Positions 25,826-39,270 of a DNA stretch of 54,153 nucleotides are shown here, in pieces. The position numbers and the translations under genes are program-made. Position 1 is the first letter of the stretch. Each line of letters opens with the position of its first letter. The DNA is from Octopus bimaculoides (taxonomy: Eukaryota), in NCBI RefSeq assembly GCF_001194135.2, contig NC_068997.1, forward strand, positions 55,677,040 to 55,731,192. Reading direction: 5' to 3'. The notes beneath the pieces were generated by a model, which was given only the letters and a program-made list of their open reading frames with translations, searched no databases and was not told where the DNA came from.

Positions 25826-27639
25826 GGCAGTGAGCTAATGTACAGAAAATACATTTGATCACTATAAACAAACCATTTGTACTGGTCGTTCAGTAAAAGT
25901 TGAATACTTACATGTCATCTTCAATGGGAGAGTCCATCCTTATTATTTTGATTGCTGCTAGATTTAAGTTGTGACTGGTTTCCAATTTTTTAATGATTAT
26001 TATGCCTCTACAATGTTTTTGGTAAAGCTCAGAAGTGAAAACTCATTGATATTGCATTTCTAACTGACTTCTCCTTCTAAACCATTTTCTGTGGAATTAA
26101 ATTAACATCTTAAGAAGAAAGGCAAATGGAATAGAACATTTTCACAAAAGACCAAAGTCCCCAAAACCATTTTCATGTTGAAGGGCTTTGCTGTAAGATG
26201 CTTATTAGAGAAAAATGTTAGAAATATGTGAGGAACATTTAATATAGAATTGTGGCATGGTGATGTTTAATGATGACAAGTAGAGAAGAATTGATTTCAA
26301 TTTCACAATCTAATTTTACTGCCACCACTTCTGGCTGCATCTCAGTTTTCATACAAAATTTATTGTTTTATAAGAGAAATGGTTTTCTTGGCAAGAAGAA
26401 ACTGTTTTTAAATAGTTACTACTTAACCGAGCCATGGCTACTTTAGAGAATGCAAAGCATTTTAAAATCAATAGTTATGCATTTCACTCTTTCATTTATA
26501 TGAAATAAATCATATTATTTTGAACAGATTTAGAATATTTCATAGATTGCAGAGTGGTTGAATAGCTTCTATCAGTGGTCATTATAAAGGATATTCAATG
26601 CTCACAGACAGAATTCTCTGTGAAAATCAAATAGGAATATCCTAAGACTATAGTGAGATACCCAGCAGGAGTTGTAAATAAGTTCTTTGTTTGTTAAACT
26701 ATCATTTCTTCCTTAGCTGTCCATAAACTTCCATTCTATGGGGAGAAAATGACATTAATAAGTGAAAGAAGTTAGAAAACACCAAGCAGAATATGAATAA
26801 AGTTGTTGAAGTGGTTTAGCAAAATAGGAAAAACAGAGGAGCCAACTTTACAACCAACTAATATGGGGAGATGGGGGGAGGGGAGATTAAATTTGTCAAA
26901 TATCTAATCTAGAATAGGACGCATTGATTTAAGTATTCGTTAAGATGTTGGTCATCTAATCAGAATTCATTTAGTCATAAATTGAAAAGATGATCTCTAG
27001 CACATCCCCATCCATACATTGAATAGTACTATATCTTATGTTATTAACTCTATTAGCCCTGGTCAAGGGTACATAACTCATGCCTGGACCTAGACACCAC
27101 AATCAGTTCTCTTCAAATTCCTTTCTATGAACAGGAAGAAATCTTTTGAAAACACTTTTGAAAATTTAGGCTCTTCCTGAAAATTTACAGGTCTTCAATG
27201 TAATTCCAGCCTTGCACTTCGGTGTGCTACCAGTCTACATTTTATAGTGGTTAATTCACTTCCAGTTTGTGAAATACGAACGTCTCCATCTGTTTTGTCA
27301 TCAGCAGCAAGCTTCTATATTCTCATTGACTGATCCTAAATTTTATTTGGGATATATTCGACCAAATTCTTGGTTCCTGAAGTTTTGAATATTTTATGAC
27401 CCTGCCTTGTCATTCCAGATGAGCATCACTCACGTGATCTTAGCTTCAAAGTAAACAAAAAAAAATCAGAAAAACAATTCTAAAGAACACCTTATTTTTG
27501 AGTAGACATTTGTAAACAAATTAACACTTCATGGAGAAGAAATCTTTATTCTGATTGGTTGATTTATTTTTAGCTTGATTTGGTTTAAAAATAGGTTTCT
27601 CCATTCATATTGTATTGGTAATCTGGCAGATTGTCATGT

Positions 27640-27790
27640 CTGAAATTCCTTGTATAACAAGGATATACAAGTCTGGTAGGATAAGCTTTGGGGGGATTAA
27701 AGGGAAAAGTCCATCTCAATAGGATTTGAATTCAGAATATAAAGTGATAGAACCAGAAGAAATTTCGTCCAATACGCTAATGAGTTAGCT
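27640..27790 (-). mobile_element. SINE family A (diverged)
   Basis: GGGAAAAGTCCATCTCAATAGGATTTGAATTCAGAATATAAAG..GAAATTTCGTCCAATACGCTAATGA is the reverse complement of the family A head and core. Confidence 0.55.
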
Positions 27791-28394
27791 CACCAATCAG
27801 ATATAAGTTCAAATAGTAGTATACCTGTCTGATAATAAACAGGTTCTTTGACCAAATATGTGGCCTAAATTCTGTCAAAGGATATTTTTTGCTAAAGGTA
27901 CCAGAGGGATCAGCGGAGCATGTCAAATTGAGCAAAGAATTAAGTCTGCCTCCAAAGAAACAGGAAAGGTTCACTTGAGAGGTTTCTGCAGTTTTTCTCT
28001 ACAAATTTCTTCCAGATGACTTTGGGCAACCTGATGCAATGAGAGAATACACTTGTTCATGTTATCATGCAGGATAATTGTACAGTCCAAGGTTCTATTA
28101 TTTTAGGTCAGTGACAGACACTGTCCCCCACCCCACCTCTATGTTTTAGCACATTGTAGGAAGCTTATAATGCTTAACAGTCATACCTTATGTACTTTAG
28201 AAGTCATTTCTGCCACTGGTTTAGATAATTCTTCAATTTGTTTTCCCTAAACTTGTACATAAGGCTGCTTCTCTGAACTTATCAGGCTACTGGACAAATT
28301 TAGGGAAGATAAATTAGTAAATTTATAAACTAGTACAAGTTTAAGCATTCATCTAATACAAGTTCAAGTGAGATAAACACCTACCCTTATTCAC

Positions 28395-28590
28395 TTGGGA
28401 CTACAACTAGTTTTAAGATACAAATTGTCTCTTTTAAAATGATTTAAATTAAAGCCTTCCATAAAATTTCACATGCAAATTTATGTTCCAAGCATCAGTT
28501 AAATAACCACAAATTTATTTTACTAAAATACTTCATCATTTTCAAAATCAACTGAAACAAAAGCAAAATATTTCAAAAGAAATCTGATAA
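28395..28590 (+). mobile_element. Decayed non-autonomous DNA transposon (MITE) fragment
   Basis: AATTAAAGCCTTCCATAAAATTTC..AATTTATGTTCC..TTTTACTAAA..AACTGAAACAAAAGC is similar to 38799-39024. Confidence 0.5.
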
Positions 28591-30129
28591 TAAAATTTCA
28601 TCTCATCTAGGTCATCCCATAGGACACCCCTTTATAGGGGTTTCAGTTGCACATACTATAGGAGTCACAGGGTGCTGCTCCATGTGGTCCCACAGTTTCC
28701 ATCTAACTAGGAATATTAAGGTCTCAATCATTATCTTGTATTCATGACATCCTGCTCATTCAAAGCCAGGAATTTGATAATAAAATGGTTCAGCATTTAC
28801 CCAGTACTTTTTTCAGGTGTATTTATGGCTTAAAATTATACACTAATACAAATTTAAGCAGTTTTCTGCTACAAGTTTTCAGTGCTTATGTCATTTAAAT
28901 TTGAACACAAGCATGATCTACAGATCAGGCTAATAATACAAACTTGTCTTTCACATTGAACAAAAGAAAAAAATAACGGAAAAAGGAAGAGGACTGGATG
29001 GCATCGATCTCTAAAAACACTTTTTGACCCATAAAAAAATCAAATTACTTCTTCCCTTCATATTTTATGTATTACACACATCAAGTTTTATGAACAAATT
29101 TAATGTATTACTTCCTATGATTTTAATATCTACTTAGCTGTTTTGATGCAGAATGAATGAAACTTTTATTATTCTAAATTATAATTCAGTTGGGGGCACA
29201 CTATAGGAAATAATGTCTTTACTGGTTATTTTACATTGGTCACAAACTTATTTTTGGTCATGTCTATGACAAACTTAGATGCACTTTCACTTTTATAATG
29301 GATGTGTAGGAAGAACTAGAGTTACATGAAAATGTATTTTCATTCTTCATAAATTGATAGGTGTTTATACTCTGAAAAATGATCAGAAACTAAATAATTC
29401 ACATAAAATTGATTTCAAATTTTGCTAGTTACCACATAGTTTATCATTTATATTCTCTCTAAATTAGGTTTGATTTGAAAGCCTGAAGCTATGAAATAGC
29501 TGTTGAAATATCTTATCTCAAATATTCAACAGTCAGATTCTTGATTTTGGATGATGTTGCACTTATTTTTTATGTTGTCATAGCAGAAGAATTCTTATTG
29601 ACATCAAGTTAATTGTTAATAAATATACTTTATTTAAATATAGTTTACAGGCAGAAACCATACAGATGCCCACAATATACCTTACAGTATTTGATTACAT
29701 TCTTCTGCATTTCAAGCGTAAGTTTTTCCAGGCTTAATTTTTACATTTCATTCCATTGCAATCAATAAAATAGATATGACTGATAGCCTAGCGTTGAGGC
29801 AATCAAATATATGGCCTCCTTGTGCCAATCTGGTATATCTTTATTGCAAAATATAGCTTGTAACTCTTTCGGAATTTTCATTTTATTATTGTAGAATTTT
29901 CTTTTTTTTTTTTCTGAGAAATGGCTAATTAATATAGCTGTGATGGAATTAAATTTCATATTGATTGTATTTTTTTCTTCAGATAATATTTTATATAATT
30001 TTTCTTTTAATTTCATATCACAAAAGTTATTTTATTATTCATTAAATTGTCATTCACTGATTCGTTAACATCTGATTTTGTCATGTTATCACTGGTTAAT
30101 TCTTAATAATATAGTGCATATGTGGGTGA

Positions 30130-30166
<37 letters not shown>

Positions 30167-30243
30167 TAAATGTATACATGTATATATGTATATATTTGTA
30201 AGTGTATGAGTGGGCACACATGCACACACATGTATGCGCACAC

Positions 30244-30293
<50 letters not shown>

Positions 30294-30399
30294 ATACACA
30301 CACACACACAGAGCGTGATGGGTAAATTGTCGCCATTTTATATTTTTAATTTTATGCAAGTGCATAGTTTGCATTTGATTTTGTCGACTACTCAATATA

Positions 30400-30770
30400 G
30401 TAGGGTCAGTTGGGCAGGTCACTTCAGCTCTAGCCCTGGGGCTGACCCAAAACTTGTGAGTAGATTTAATATCAAAAACTGAAAGAAGCCTTCATATACA
30501 TACGTATGTGTATGTGTGTGTTACTGTCTCCTTGCTTTCACATTACATGATACTTGTTAACAAGTGTTACTAGTATGCAAATGGTGTCCTTTGTTTCCAG
30601 TATTCTGTGGAAAGATGACTTTTCATCGGCTAATATTACTTTACTTGGAAACAGGTGATATTTGGCAACAGGAAGAACATTTAGCTTTAGAAATCTACTT
30701 CAACAGATTCCCTCTTACTTATTTGAGTTTAGAAAAGTGGAGATTAAAACAATAATGATGAGGTTGATAT
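30400..30770 (+). mobile_element. Composite SINE: partial B head, microsatellite, RTE-like tail
   Basis: ..AAAAACTGAAAGAAGCC, (TG)n, ..TTACTTGGAAACAGGTGATATTTGGCAACAGGAAG..AAAAGTGGAGATTAAAACAATAATGATG. Confidence 0.7.
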
Positions 30771-30797
30771 ACATGTGTGTGCATATATATATATATG

Positions 30798-30866
<69 letters not shown>

Positions 30867-30918
30867 TTATTAATATTTCTAAGTCTCTCTAAAGGAGACT
30901 ACGGCAGCGGTACTGGAA

Positions 30919-31300
30919 ATTAATAGTTATCGCCAAGCCAACATGGCAGTCCCAAAATTAGGACGAAAGCTGCTGTGAATTAGCTCCAAGAAGCCATCGC
31001 CTCTAGCTAGCTATGTGACACACGAAACCTGTGTCTTTTATAACCTTCGAACAGGGGAGGTCAGCAGTGTCCCACTGCTGGTTTGGCATCTGCAGACTAG
31101 TTTCAGGGTGTTGCCCCTTGTCAATGCAGAGCAGCCAAGCCCCAGCCAGGCGGTGCTGCCGACCATCTGTTCGAAGGTTATAAAGGACACAGGTTTCGTG
31201 TGTCACATAGCTAGCTAGAGGCGATGGCTTCTTGGAGCTAATTCACGGCAGCTTTCGTCCTAATTTTGGGACTGTCATGTTGGCTTGGCGATAACTATTA

Positions 31301-31302
<2 letters not shown>
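30919..31302. mobile_element. Foldback/MITE-type non-autonomous DNA element with 136-bp inverted arms
   Basis: 30919-31054 is the reverse complement of 31167-31302 with 3 mismatches; the 112-bp spacer is itself imperfectly palindromic; TTAA at 30920-30923 and 31298-31301. Confidence 0.9.
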
Positions 31303-31332
<30 letters not shown>

Positions 31333-31359
31333 GTATATGTGTGTGTGTGTGTATATATA

Positions 31360-31417
<58 letters not shown>

Positions 31418-31809
31418 AGTATGTTTGTATATTGACATCGTTTCTAAGTAAATTTGAGTCTCTAAAAATCGTATTCCATCTACCTTAAACTAAATGTAAC
31501 AATGTAAACATCATTTTTTATTCATATAAATATAAGCAATATTAAAGTATAATGATACTTAAATGATACATTATGTATTTTATTGATATTATTTTAGATT
31601 TGCACATTAACATTAGCATAAACTTTAACATTAAATGTAGACGTTCATAGAGAGATTTATGGTTACTTTCAGGCATTAAAATCTCAATAAACAAAAACAG
31701 ATAAATAAACTAATTTGAAAAATGTAAAGAAATAAACAAAAGCAATTATTACAAATACAATTATTTTGATTGAAACTGAGGAATGGAATTTGATTTCTTT
31801 TTTTTTTTT

Positions 31810-31980
31810 AGATATTGGTTTCATACAAGGCCAGCAATGTTGGTTGAGGGTTTAAGTCGATTACATGGGTCCCCAATGCTCTACTGACCTCAAAAGAATG
31901 AAAGATAAAGTTGACTTTGCTGGAATTTGAACTCAGATCATAAGGGCAGATGAAATGCTGGTAAGCATTTTACCTGCGAG
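31810..31980 (-). mobile_element. SINE family A
   Basis: CAAGGCCAGCAATG..AAGAATGAAAGATAAAGTTGACTTTGCTGGAATTTGAACTCAGA..GAAATGCTGGTAAGCATTTT. Confidence 0.75.
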
Positions 31981-32479
31981 AAAGATTTTAAATAATTTTG
32001 TGTTAGTTGATGCCTTAATTTTGGGAACCGTCCCAAGGCTAACAGGCCAAGAAACAGTCTCAAGTTCTCTCTCATTTCTTTATTCTCAGACAAAATACAA
32101 GGAATCAAAACGTTAGATTCTTCATTCATTAATGAGCTTATCAAACTCTTCTACAACTGTCTTGATACCGATGCAGTTTTTATCCAATTCATAACACAAT
32201 CATGATTTTATGATTCTTTACAAGAACAATTGCTTCACAAACTGAAACAAGACCACATATCTCTGTGGCTAAAAGCTTTTTATTGAAAGCAGTGTTTGTT
32301 TGACTGAAGTACTACATTTGATTTCAAATCTTGTATTTAGTAAAACACTCCAAATTATTACGTATGCTGTATCTATAGCTTAATAAAAAATAACTGATGC
32401 ATCTTTTCATAAAAAAAGTTTAATAGTATGGTGGCTCCTTGCAACAAATACTCAAATTAACTTAAACATATTTGCCTTT

Positions 32480-32710
32480 GTCATGATCATCATCAGCACC
32501 TTGATCAACAGCACCAACATCATCATTGTCATCACCATCATCATCACTTCCTTCACCACCCATTTTTCCCTGCTAGCATGGGTTGGCCGTTTTATCTCAG
32601 GCATTGTTCTGCATTTGGATGCCCTTTCTGTTGTAATCTGTCTCATCAGTTCTTACAACATGCAGGAACCTGGCGCACTGTTTTTTGAAGGCAAGGGAAC
32701 ATTTGACATC
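32480..32710 (-). mobile_element. Family C-like tail with degenerate (CAT)n
   Basis: (CAT)n..TTTTCCCTGCTAGCATGGGTTGG..GGATGCCCTTTC. Confidence 0.6.
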
Positions 32711-34076
32711 TTAAAATAATAGTATTATTTCTCTAAAATATATCTGACTGTGGAAGAAAGTTCCGCAATGATACAAAAACTTTTTTTTTATCCATAACTT
32801 CAAGAAGAATATACAATTTTTTATTAGATCAATAGTGTTACAGTATTTTACCACTGCAAAAGATATTTGCAAAGCAATGCAGGTTCTTCTCTGGAAAATA
32901 ATAGATTTATAATAGTTTTTATTACATATATATATATATATATATATANNNNNNNNNNNNNNNNNNNNNNNNNNNNNNNNNNNNNNNNNNNNNNNNNNNN
33001 NNNNNNNNNNNNNNNNNNNNNNNNNNNNNNNNNNNNNNNNNNNNNNNNNNNNNNNNNNNNNNNNNNNNNNNNNNNNNNNNNNNNNNNNNNNNNNNNNNNN
33101 NNNNNNNNNNNNNNNNNNNNNNNNNNNNNNNNNNNNNNNNNNNNNNNNNNNNNNNNNNNNNNNNNNNNNNNNNNNNNNNNNNNNNNNNNNNNNNNNNNNN
33201 NNNNNNNNNNNNNNNNNNNNNNNNNNNNNNNNNNNNNNNNNNNNNNNNNNNNNNNNNNNNNNNNNNNNNNNNNNNNNNNNNNNNNNNNNNNNNNNNNNNN
33301 NNNNNNNNNNNNNNNNNNNNNNNNNNNNNNNNNNNNNNNNNNNNNNNNNNNNNNNNNNNNNNNNNNNNNNNNNNNNNNNNNNNNNNNNNNNNNNNNNNNN
33401 NNNNNNNNNNNNNNNNNNNNNNNNNNNNNNNNNNNNNNNNNNNNNNNNNNNNNNNNNNNNNNNNNNNNNNNNNNNNNNNNNNNNNTATATATATAGACAA
33501 AAATATATGGTGAATACAATGAATTAACTTTAATCCATAATACTGAAGGTAATCTATTTTCGTTCAGTAAAAAAAAAAAAGATTAAAAACTTGTTTAGAA
33601 AATTACATTTTCCAGCATAAACTTATTCTAAACTAAAAGATCAATTCTAGAAATTGTGGCATTATGTAACAGAAAAGAGAAAATCATTTTTAATATTTTA
33701 AAAACTAAAATTCCAATCAAAATAATTTTATGTAATATCTGCAGTTATTCATTTCCTTAAATATTTCAAATCAGCATATTTAATTATTTAATTATTTATT
33801 TTATTTTAGAGTGAGATTTGAATAGTTAGAAGTAATCAGAGATCTCTGCATGAGCATATACATTTAATGTTAAAAATTATATGATGATAATGCCAAAATT
33901 TAAAAGAATAGCAATAAAATATGTAATGTTTTGATTAAGTATATTCATTTTTTAAGACTGGTTATAATTATGTAAAAAAAAAATCATATTGGTGTGTTTA
34001 GCTTAAGGAAAAGTAGAATGCTTTTAGAAAAAGTTATATCCAAGTAATATAGTAATATACATGTGTGCATGCTTAT

Positions 34077-34118
<42 letters not shown>

Positions 34119-34165
34119 CTTTAAATCTCTCTCTCTATATATTTATATATGCATATATCTATGTA

Positions 34166-34235
<70 letters not shown>

Positions 34236-35009
34236 CACATATATATGTGTATATATGTGTACATATATGTTTATATACGCATACATATATTTACATGAAT
34301 ATTTACTTTTATATTATGTGTGTGTATAGGTATGTATGTATTTTAAAAGTAGCCAATGCCAACATGACAAAACCAGATGTTAAAGAATCGTTGGATGACA
34401 ATTTAATGAATAATAAAATAACTTGCAATATGAAATTTTTAAAAAGATATTTAAATGTTATCAGATGGGGAAAAAAAAAATAATGCAATCAATACAAAAC
34501 TTAATTCCATCATATCAGAGCAATGAAGAAATTTCAGGAAAACTAAAAGGAAATAAATCAATGACACATGAATAATAAATTGTTAATAAAGAACACAAAA
34601 TTTTGGAATGAAATGAAATCGACTCTTAAAGAATGGATAAATTGTCAAAATGTTATGGAAATATATAATTTAAATCAGACTGAGAATGTTTAGGGAAAAC
34701 TGTCAACTCACAACATTTTTGAGTTCAAATCATGTTATCCTAATATGTGACAATGTTCAGTTTTAAACACAAATGACTTTTTCTCAGTCATTAATAGAAA
34801 AAAAATAGTTACAATAGTTGACTATTCTAACAGTTTTGACACCAAAATTTTAATGAAACCCTCAACTGATATGTTTCAGTTAATTTCAAAAATAATCATA
34901 AATTTGGTGGGATTTAGTAAAATCACTAATTTCTTCATTGACTAAACCTCTGGAGACTGGTCTTTAACCCTTCCATATTATTCAGATTACTCTTGTCAAA
35001 TACAAACTA

Positions 35010-35700
35010 GTTGACACATGATATGATGAGGCAGATCATTGATAAAAAGAAGAAAGAGAGTTTGGCCCAGCATTAATAGAAAAACTAGATGAAGATTGAC
35101 CATCAAGAACAACCTTGATCCTATGGTCATAATGGAAAGAGGAGATGATGTTCAGCATGAAACCTGACACACCAAAGGAAAGGAGCTTCCATAGAAGTCT
35201 AGCATGCTAAACCCTATCAAATGCCTTAGAGATATCAAGAGCAACTGCCCCAGCTTGACCAGATACATTTCAAGGCATGATATAACAGTTAGAAGATCAG
35301 CATTAGACCGTCCAGAATGGAAACCATATTGAGAGTTGGAGAATAAATGATTTGAGTCAAGATATTTTACAAGAGAGTCATTAATCTAGGACTCAAAAAC
35401 CTTAGTGTTGATTGGTAGTAGACTAATTGATTTATAATTATGAGGATTAGATTGATCACCACAGTTCTTAAAGACAGGAACAACAGTTGGGAATTTCCAT
35501 GAAGAAGGAAAATAAGATTCTAAGATACACTTTCGGAAGAGCCTAGATAAGAAAGAAGACAACCCAGGAGAGCACTTCTGAAGAACAATGACTGGAATAC
35601 CATCAGGTCCAGTTGTTTTAGATGGATCCAACCGAGCCACAATGGCTGCAACCTTAGTAGAAGTAATATGACAACCATGTATTGATAAGGCTCTTTTGTT
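35010..35700 (-). mobile_element. CR1/Jockey-group LINE reverse transcriptase remnant
   Basis: LDPSKTTGPDGIPVIVLQKC..FPSSWK..VVPVFK..NYKSISLL..KVFES*IND..SQYGFHSGRSNADLL / ALDISKAFDRV*HARLL..KVVLDGQSS / LFLLFINDLP; in-frame stops, frameshifts and the PQG motif deleted. Confidence 0.92.
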
Positions 35701-36339
35701 TCAGAAGTAGCCCATTAGTTGTGAATTTTATATGTAATGAACATTCAGCATTCTGAAACCATGCCATATAGACATCTCTGCAGAGTTTAGCAATGTGTGT
35801 CGTAGCCTTACACACAGAACATACCATGTTTAAAGAGTTATACAGCTTGTTCTCATATGTAGTGGTAATAATGGAGATGAAAAAGGATGACAGAACTTGA
35901 CATGAAGTCTTGTTTGCTTGAGATTCATGAAAATAATTGACTGGCCACCTGAGATTATGGTATGTATGTGTTTTGTGTTTGTTTAGATCAGAGAGAAGTG
36001 ATACTATTTTGAAAACAGAGGAGACATGGTAACTTTTATATAGCAGCTCGACAGGTTTACTATGGCAGACAAATTTCTATTAAACAACTTTCTACTACAT
36101 TAGAATTGGTAAACACACAGACAAGATGAGACTCATAACAAACATGGAATAAATAGAATCTAAATGAAACAATGAGACTGCTATGATTGTTGGTGCTGTT
36201 TAGTCCAGATCAATCAGATCAATTCAATATTGTACATATTTTATCAATATTTATTGAATCATTAAGTTATGTTTTTGACACATGGGGATGCAAAATAACA
36301 CATATATGCATCAATAAATGAGAATGCAAGCATATTCCC

Positions 36340-36490
36340 ACATTTCCATCTATTGAATCCACTCACAAAAATTTGGTCAGCCTGGAGCTATAGTAGAAGA
36401 CATTTGGCCAAAGTTCCATATAATGGGAGGAAAATGAACCTAAAACCACATGGTTAAGAAGTGAATCTAACCACACAACCATACCTGTGC
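36340..36490 (-). mobile_element. SINE family B head
   Basis: AATCCACTCACAAAAATTTGGTCAGCCTGGAGCTATAGTAGAAGAC..AAAACCACATGGTT..AACCACACAACCATACCTG. Confidence 0.75.
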
Positions 36491-36629
36491 CTTACTCAAT
36501 ATATTAATACAAAGATGCTAATTCGGTCAATGTACCACCTCATCTAACGTTAGCCAGAACCTGAAGACCTTGTTTCCATCCACAAAGTGGTTAGTGATAG
36601 GAGACAGAAGCCAAACACAGAGCCCAAAG

Positions 36630-36830
36630 AGTGGCAATAGACATTGCCAGGCATCTTGTTTGACGCTCTATAATTCTACCAATTTACCATTCTAGACTGA
36701 TATTTCATTTTTTCAAATTCAAAAGTATTAAAATGAGAATAGTGGACTTCGGCAGGATTTGAACTCAGAGTGCAAAAACAAATACTGCCAAGAAATTTGT
36801 TCAATGTTCTAGCAGCTCTACTAATTATTT
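36630..36830 (-). mobile_element. SINE family A fragments
   Basis: GGCATCTTGTTTGACGCTCTATAATTCTACCAATTTACC and GGACTTCGGCAGGATTTGAACTCAGAGTGC. Confidence 0.5.
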
Positions 36831-37424
36831 TTCAAACAGTATAGACCTGTATAATAAAATTCCCATAGAGGTATACATGAGATAATTCCACTCTTTTGGT
36901 GACTCTTAATTTGTGGACATGACCGTGCCAGGGCATTGCCATTGACTTGGCTATTCAAATGATATGTAAGTTTAGGAATGTGGTTGCCGAAAAGATATTA
37001 TAATACATTTGAAAAAAAAACAAAAACTTTCCAATTTTTAAAAACCTCGAAAAGGAAAGTGGGCAAAAAAAAAACAAAAAAAAAACAATCTTTCAGAAAA
37101 AAGTGGAATTCATGAGCAGATGAGAGAATATATAATAGAAAAATACATAATAAAACATAATATTGAATGATTTGCTTTTAATGAAAAAGAGTTAAGTTAA
37201 ATGATTAAATAGTTAATTTTGGTGAAATGAGAAAGTTGTAGGGAAGATGACCTTTTAATTAAAAATATTTATATTTCATGATAGAATTGCAGGTTGGAAT
37301 ATTTGAAAATGATCGTTTTTCATGTTGATGTTGATCTTTCACCTCTCATTCATGTTAAGTATATATTTAAGTTTAATGTAAGTTTTAAGAATTGATCAAC
37401 AGCAACACATAGGAAAGTACATGC

Positions 37425-37645
37425 CAACGAGGGAGCCACTATGTTATCACTCAACCTGCTAGAAATAACAGCCAAATCTTCCCTTAAATCACACAATACC
37501 ATCTTAAAAGGAGACAAAAACCATACATTAGATAATGTAAATGTAAATACTACTCCATGGCTTGGACACCTTTGATTGTAGATCTGCTGCATTCGGGGTT
37601 AATAAAGAACTAAGCAATGATGATGATGATGATGATGATGATGAT
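37425..37645 (+). mobile_element. Repeat family E copy with (GAT)n tail
   Basis: GGAGCCACTATGTTATCACTCAACCTGCTAGAAATAACAGCCAAATCTTCCCTTAAATCACAC. Confidence 0.75.
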
Positions 37646-38269
37646 ATCTGCAATGTCTGTAGCTAAAGTTCCAACATACACTGTCTATTTACAGAGTTGC
37701 ATTATCCTCATCATTATTGTAAATAATATTATAAAGCTGCTAAATTATTAAATAGAAAAGTTTTAAATTTTAAATAAGTACATTTTAAATTAGAATTATG
37801 GAAAATACTTTCAAACTTGCTATTAACATAGTTCTATTAACCTATATACAAGAAATGGGAAGTAAGTTCTTCATATTCTTATTTTCTATTAACAAAATAG
37901 ATGTATAACATTTCCTATATTATTTTGTCTTCAATTAGTAATGTTTTAAAATTAATTCAACTTGATTAAATTGAACATAGTTCATTTCAAAGTCAATAAG
38001 TATGTTTTTATTCTCATTTCGGAGAAGAAATAATTATATTATTCATGTTTTAATTACAAAAGTAAAGAATTCTACCAAAAAATAAAACTAAAGAATTCAG
38101 AGATCTTATGGATAGTTGGAAACTTCAATGAGTGTATGAACTTGGATTAATGCATTTTACCAATAATTGTTGGTGCTTATCCATAACATTCGAATTGCCT
38201 TAGCTTTTGAAGAACATCAACAGAATATTCTACATTTTTGATGGAATGATTAGAATAAATAATTAGAAT

Positions 38270-38540
38270 TAAGATATTTATTCCATGTTTCAACTCAGAA
38301 TTGTTGAAGCATGGAATAACTACATGCATCAGTTGTTAGCTGTCAGGACACAAACCTTCCAGGCTTCCTGACATTCTCCAACTGTACACATGATGTTCCC
38401 CACCCCTGTTTTTTCAAAACCTTACTCACTTCCTGTGCACATTCTATGTCCTGTTCATGCAGTTTTTGTTACTTTTTGCTGATGAGTTGTGGCATTCATG
38501 AGAACTGTATACTATAAGTGGATTATATTATGTTATTACT
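38270..38540 (+). mobile_element. CR1-type LINE 3' end fragment
   Basis: End of ORF (F..RIVEAWN.L..SVVS) in TTTCAACTCAGAATTGTTGAAGCATGGAATAACTACATGCATCAGTTGTTAG, then a UTR ending GAGTTGTGGCATTCATGAGAACTGTATAC and an (ATT)-like tail. Confidence 0.7.
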
Positions 38541-38798
38541 TTGAGTTTTACTAAAACAACAAAAAACAAACAAATCCACAAATCTGCAAACTCACATAAT
38601 AAACGATGAGTTTTTTTTATCTACATGATGTGAAAAGATAGAAATACCTAAGGCCTCTGAATTCACTTTCCCATAACCATTCTTTATACATGAATGGTTA
38701 TTTGAAATTATCAATGAACTCACAAAATGCTTGGATATTTCCATCAGTTCTCCAATGAAAATTCAGTTGTTCTATCAACTGAGTTATCTGCCCCTGTA

Positions 38799-39024
38799 TT
38801 AACCCTTTTCCTACCAACCAGCCTGTGACCAAACCTAGTTTTGTAATACAAATTTCATGATTTATAGTAATTCAAATTAAAATCTTCCTTCAAAACATCA
38901 CGTTAATTTACATCTTAAACACCAGATTAATGAAAACAAAATTATTTTCTTAAATTCATTATTACTTTCAAAATTAATTGGAACAAAGCAATGCTTATCA
39001 ACAAGAATATGCAAAAAAGGCTAA
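38799..39024. mobile_element. piggyBac-like MITE (TTAA site, CCCT terminus)
   Basis: Starts TTAACCCTTTTCCTACC and ends GCAAAAAAGGCTAA (degenerate AAAGGGTTAA). Confidence 0.65.
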
Positions 39025-39109
39025 TGTGTAAGTTACTGAGCTTTTCACAGCCAGGGGCACTTTTAATGTGATTCTCAGGCAGTGCATAGCAAGGCTCAAG
39101 TACAGGTAT

Positions 39110-39270
39110 AATCCATGTGTGGAGCTTCTTTACAGTTCCCACTCAGCCAGTCCCCCCCCCCCAAACTATGGATCAACCTGAAGCTAAAGAAAATGACATT
39201 TGACCAAGATGTCACATTAAGATCGAGTCCTGAACTTTGAAAAGCAAGCTTCTTAACCGTTTACCCATAT
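39110..39270 (-). mobile_element. SINE family B-like head (diverged)
   Basis: GAGCTTCTTTACAGTTCCCACTCAGCCAG..GGATCAACCTGAAGCTAAAG..GCAAGCTTCTTAACC. Confidence 0.5.

Noticed and set aside
30601-30654. Exon-like segment with a good acceptor and open frames
   Set aside because: It lies within the 3' module of a SINE (homologous to 18045-18270), and the donor is weak.
30943-30992. Hammerhead-like GTCC-N8-GGAC-GAAA-GCTG..TAGCTC inside the MITE arm
   Set aside because: The seven bases where CUGANGA must sit read CATGGCA/CATGACA, and no helix I forms.
1214-34483. Long ORFs in the supplied track (poly-YI, HT, CV, N, I and X runs)
   Set aside because: They are artefacts of stop-free microsatellites and N-gaps.
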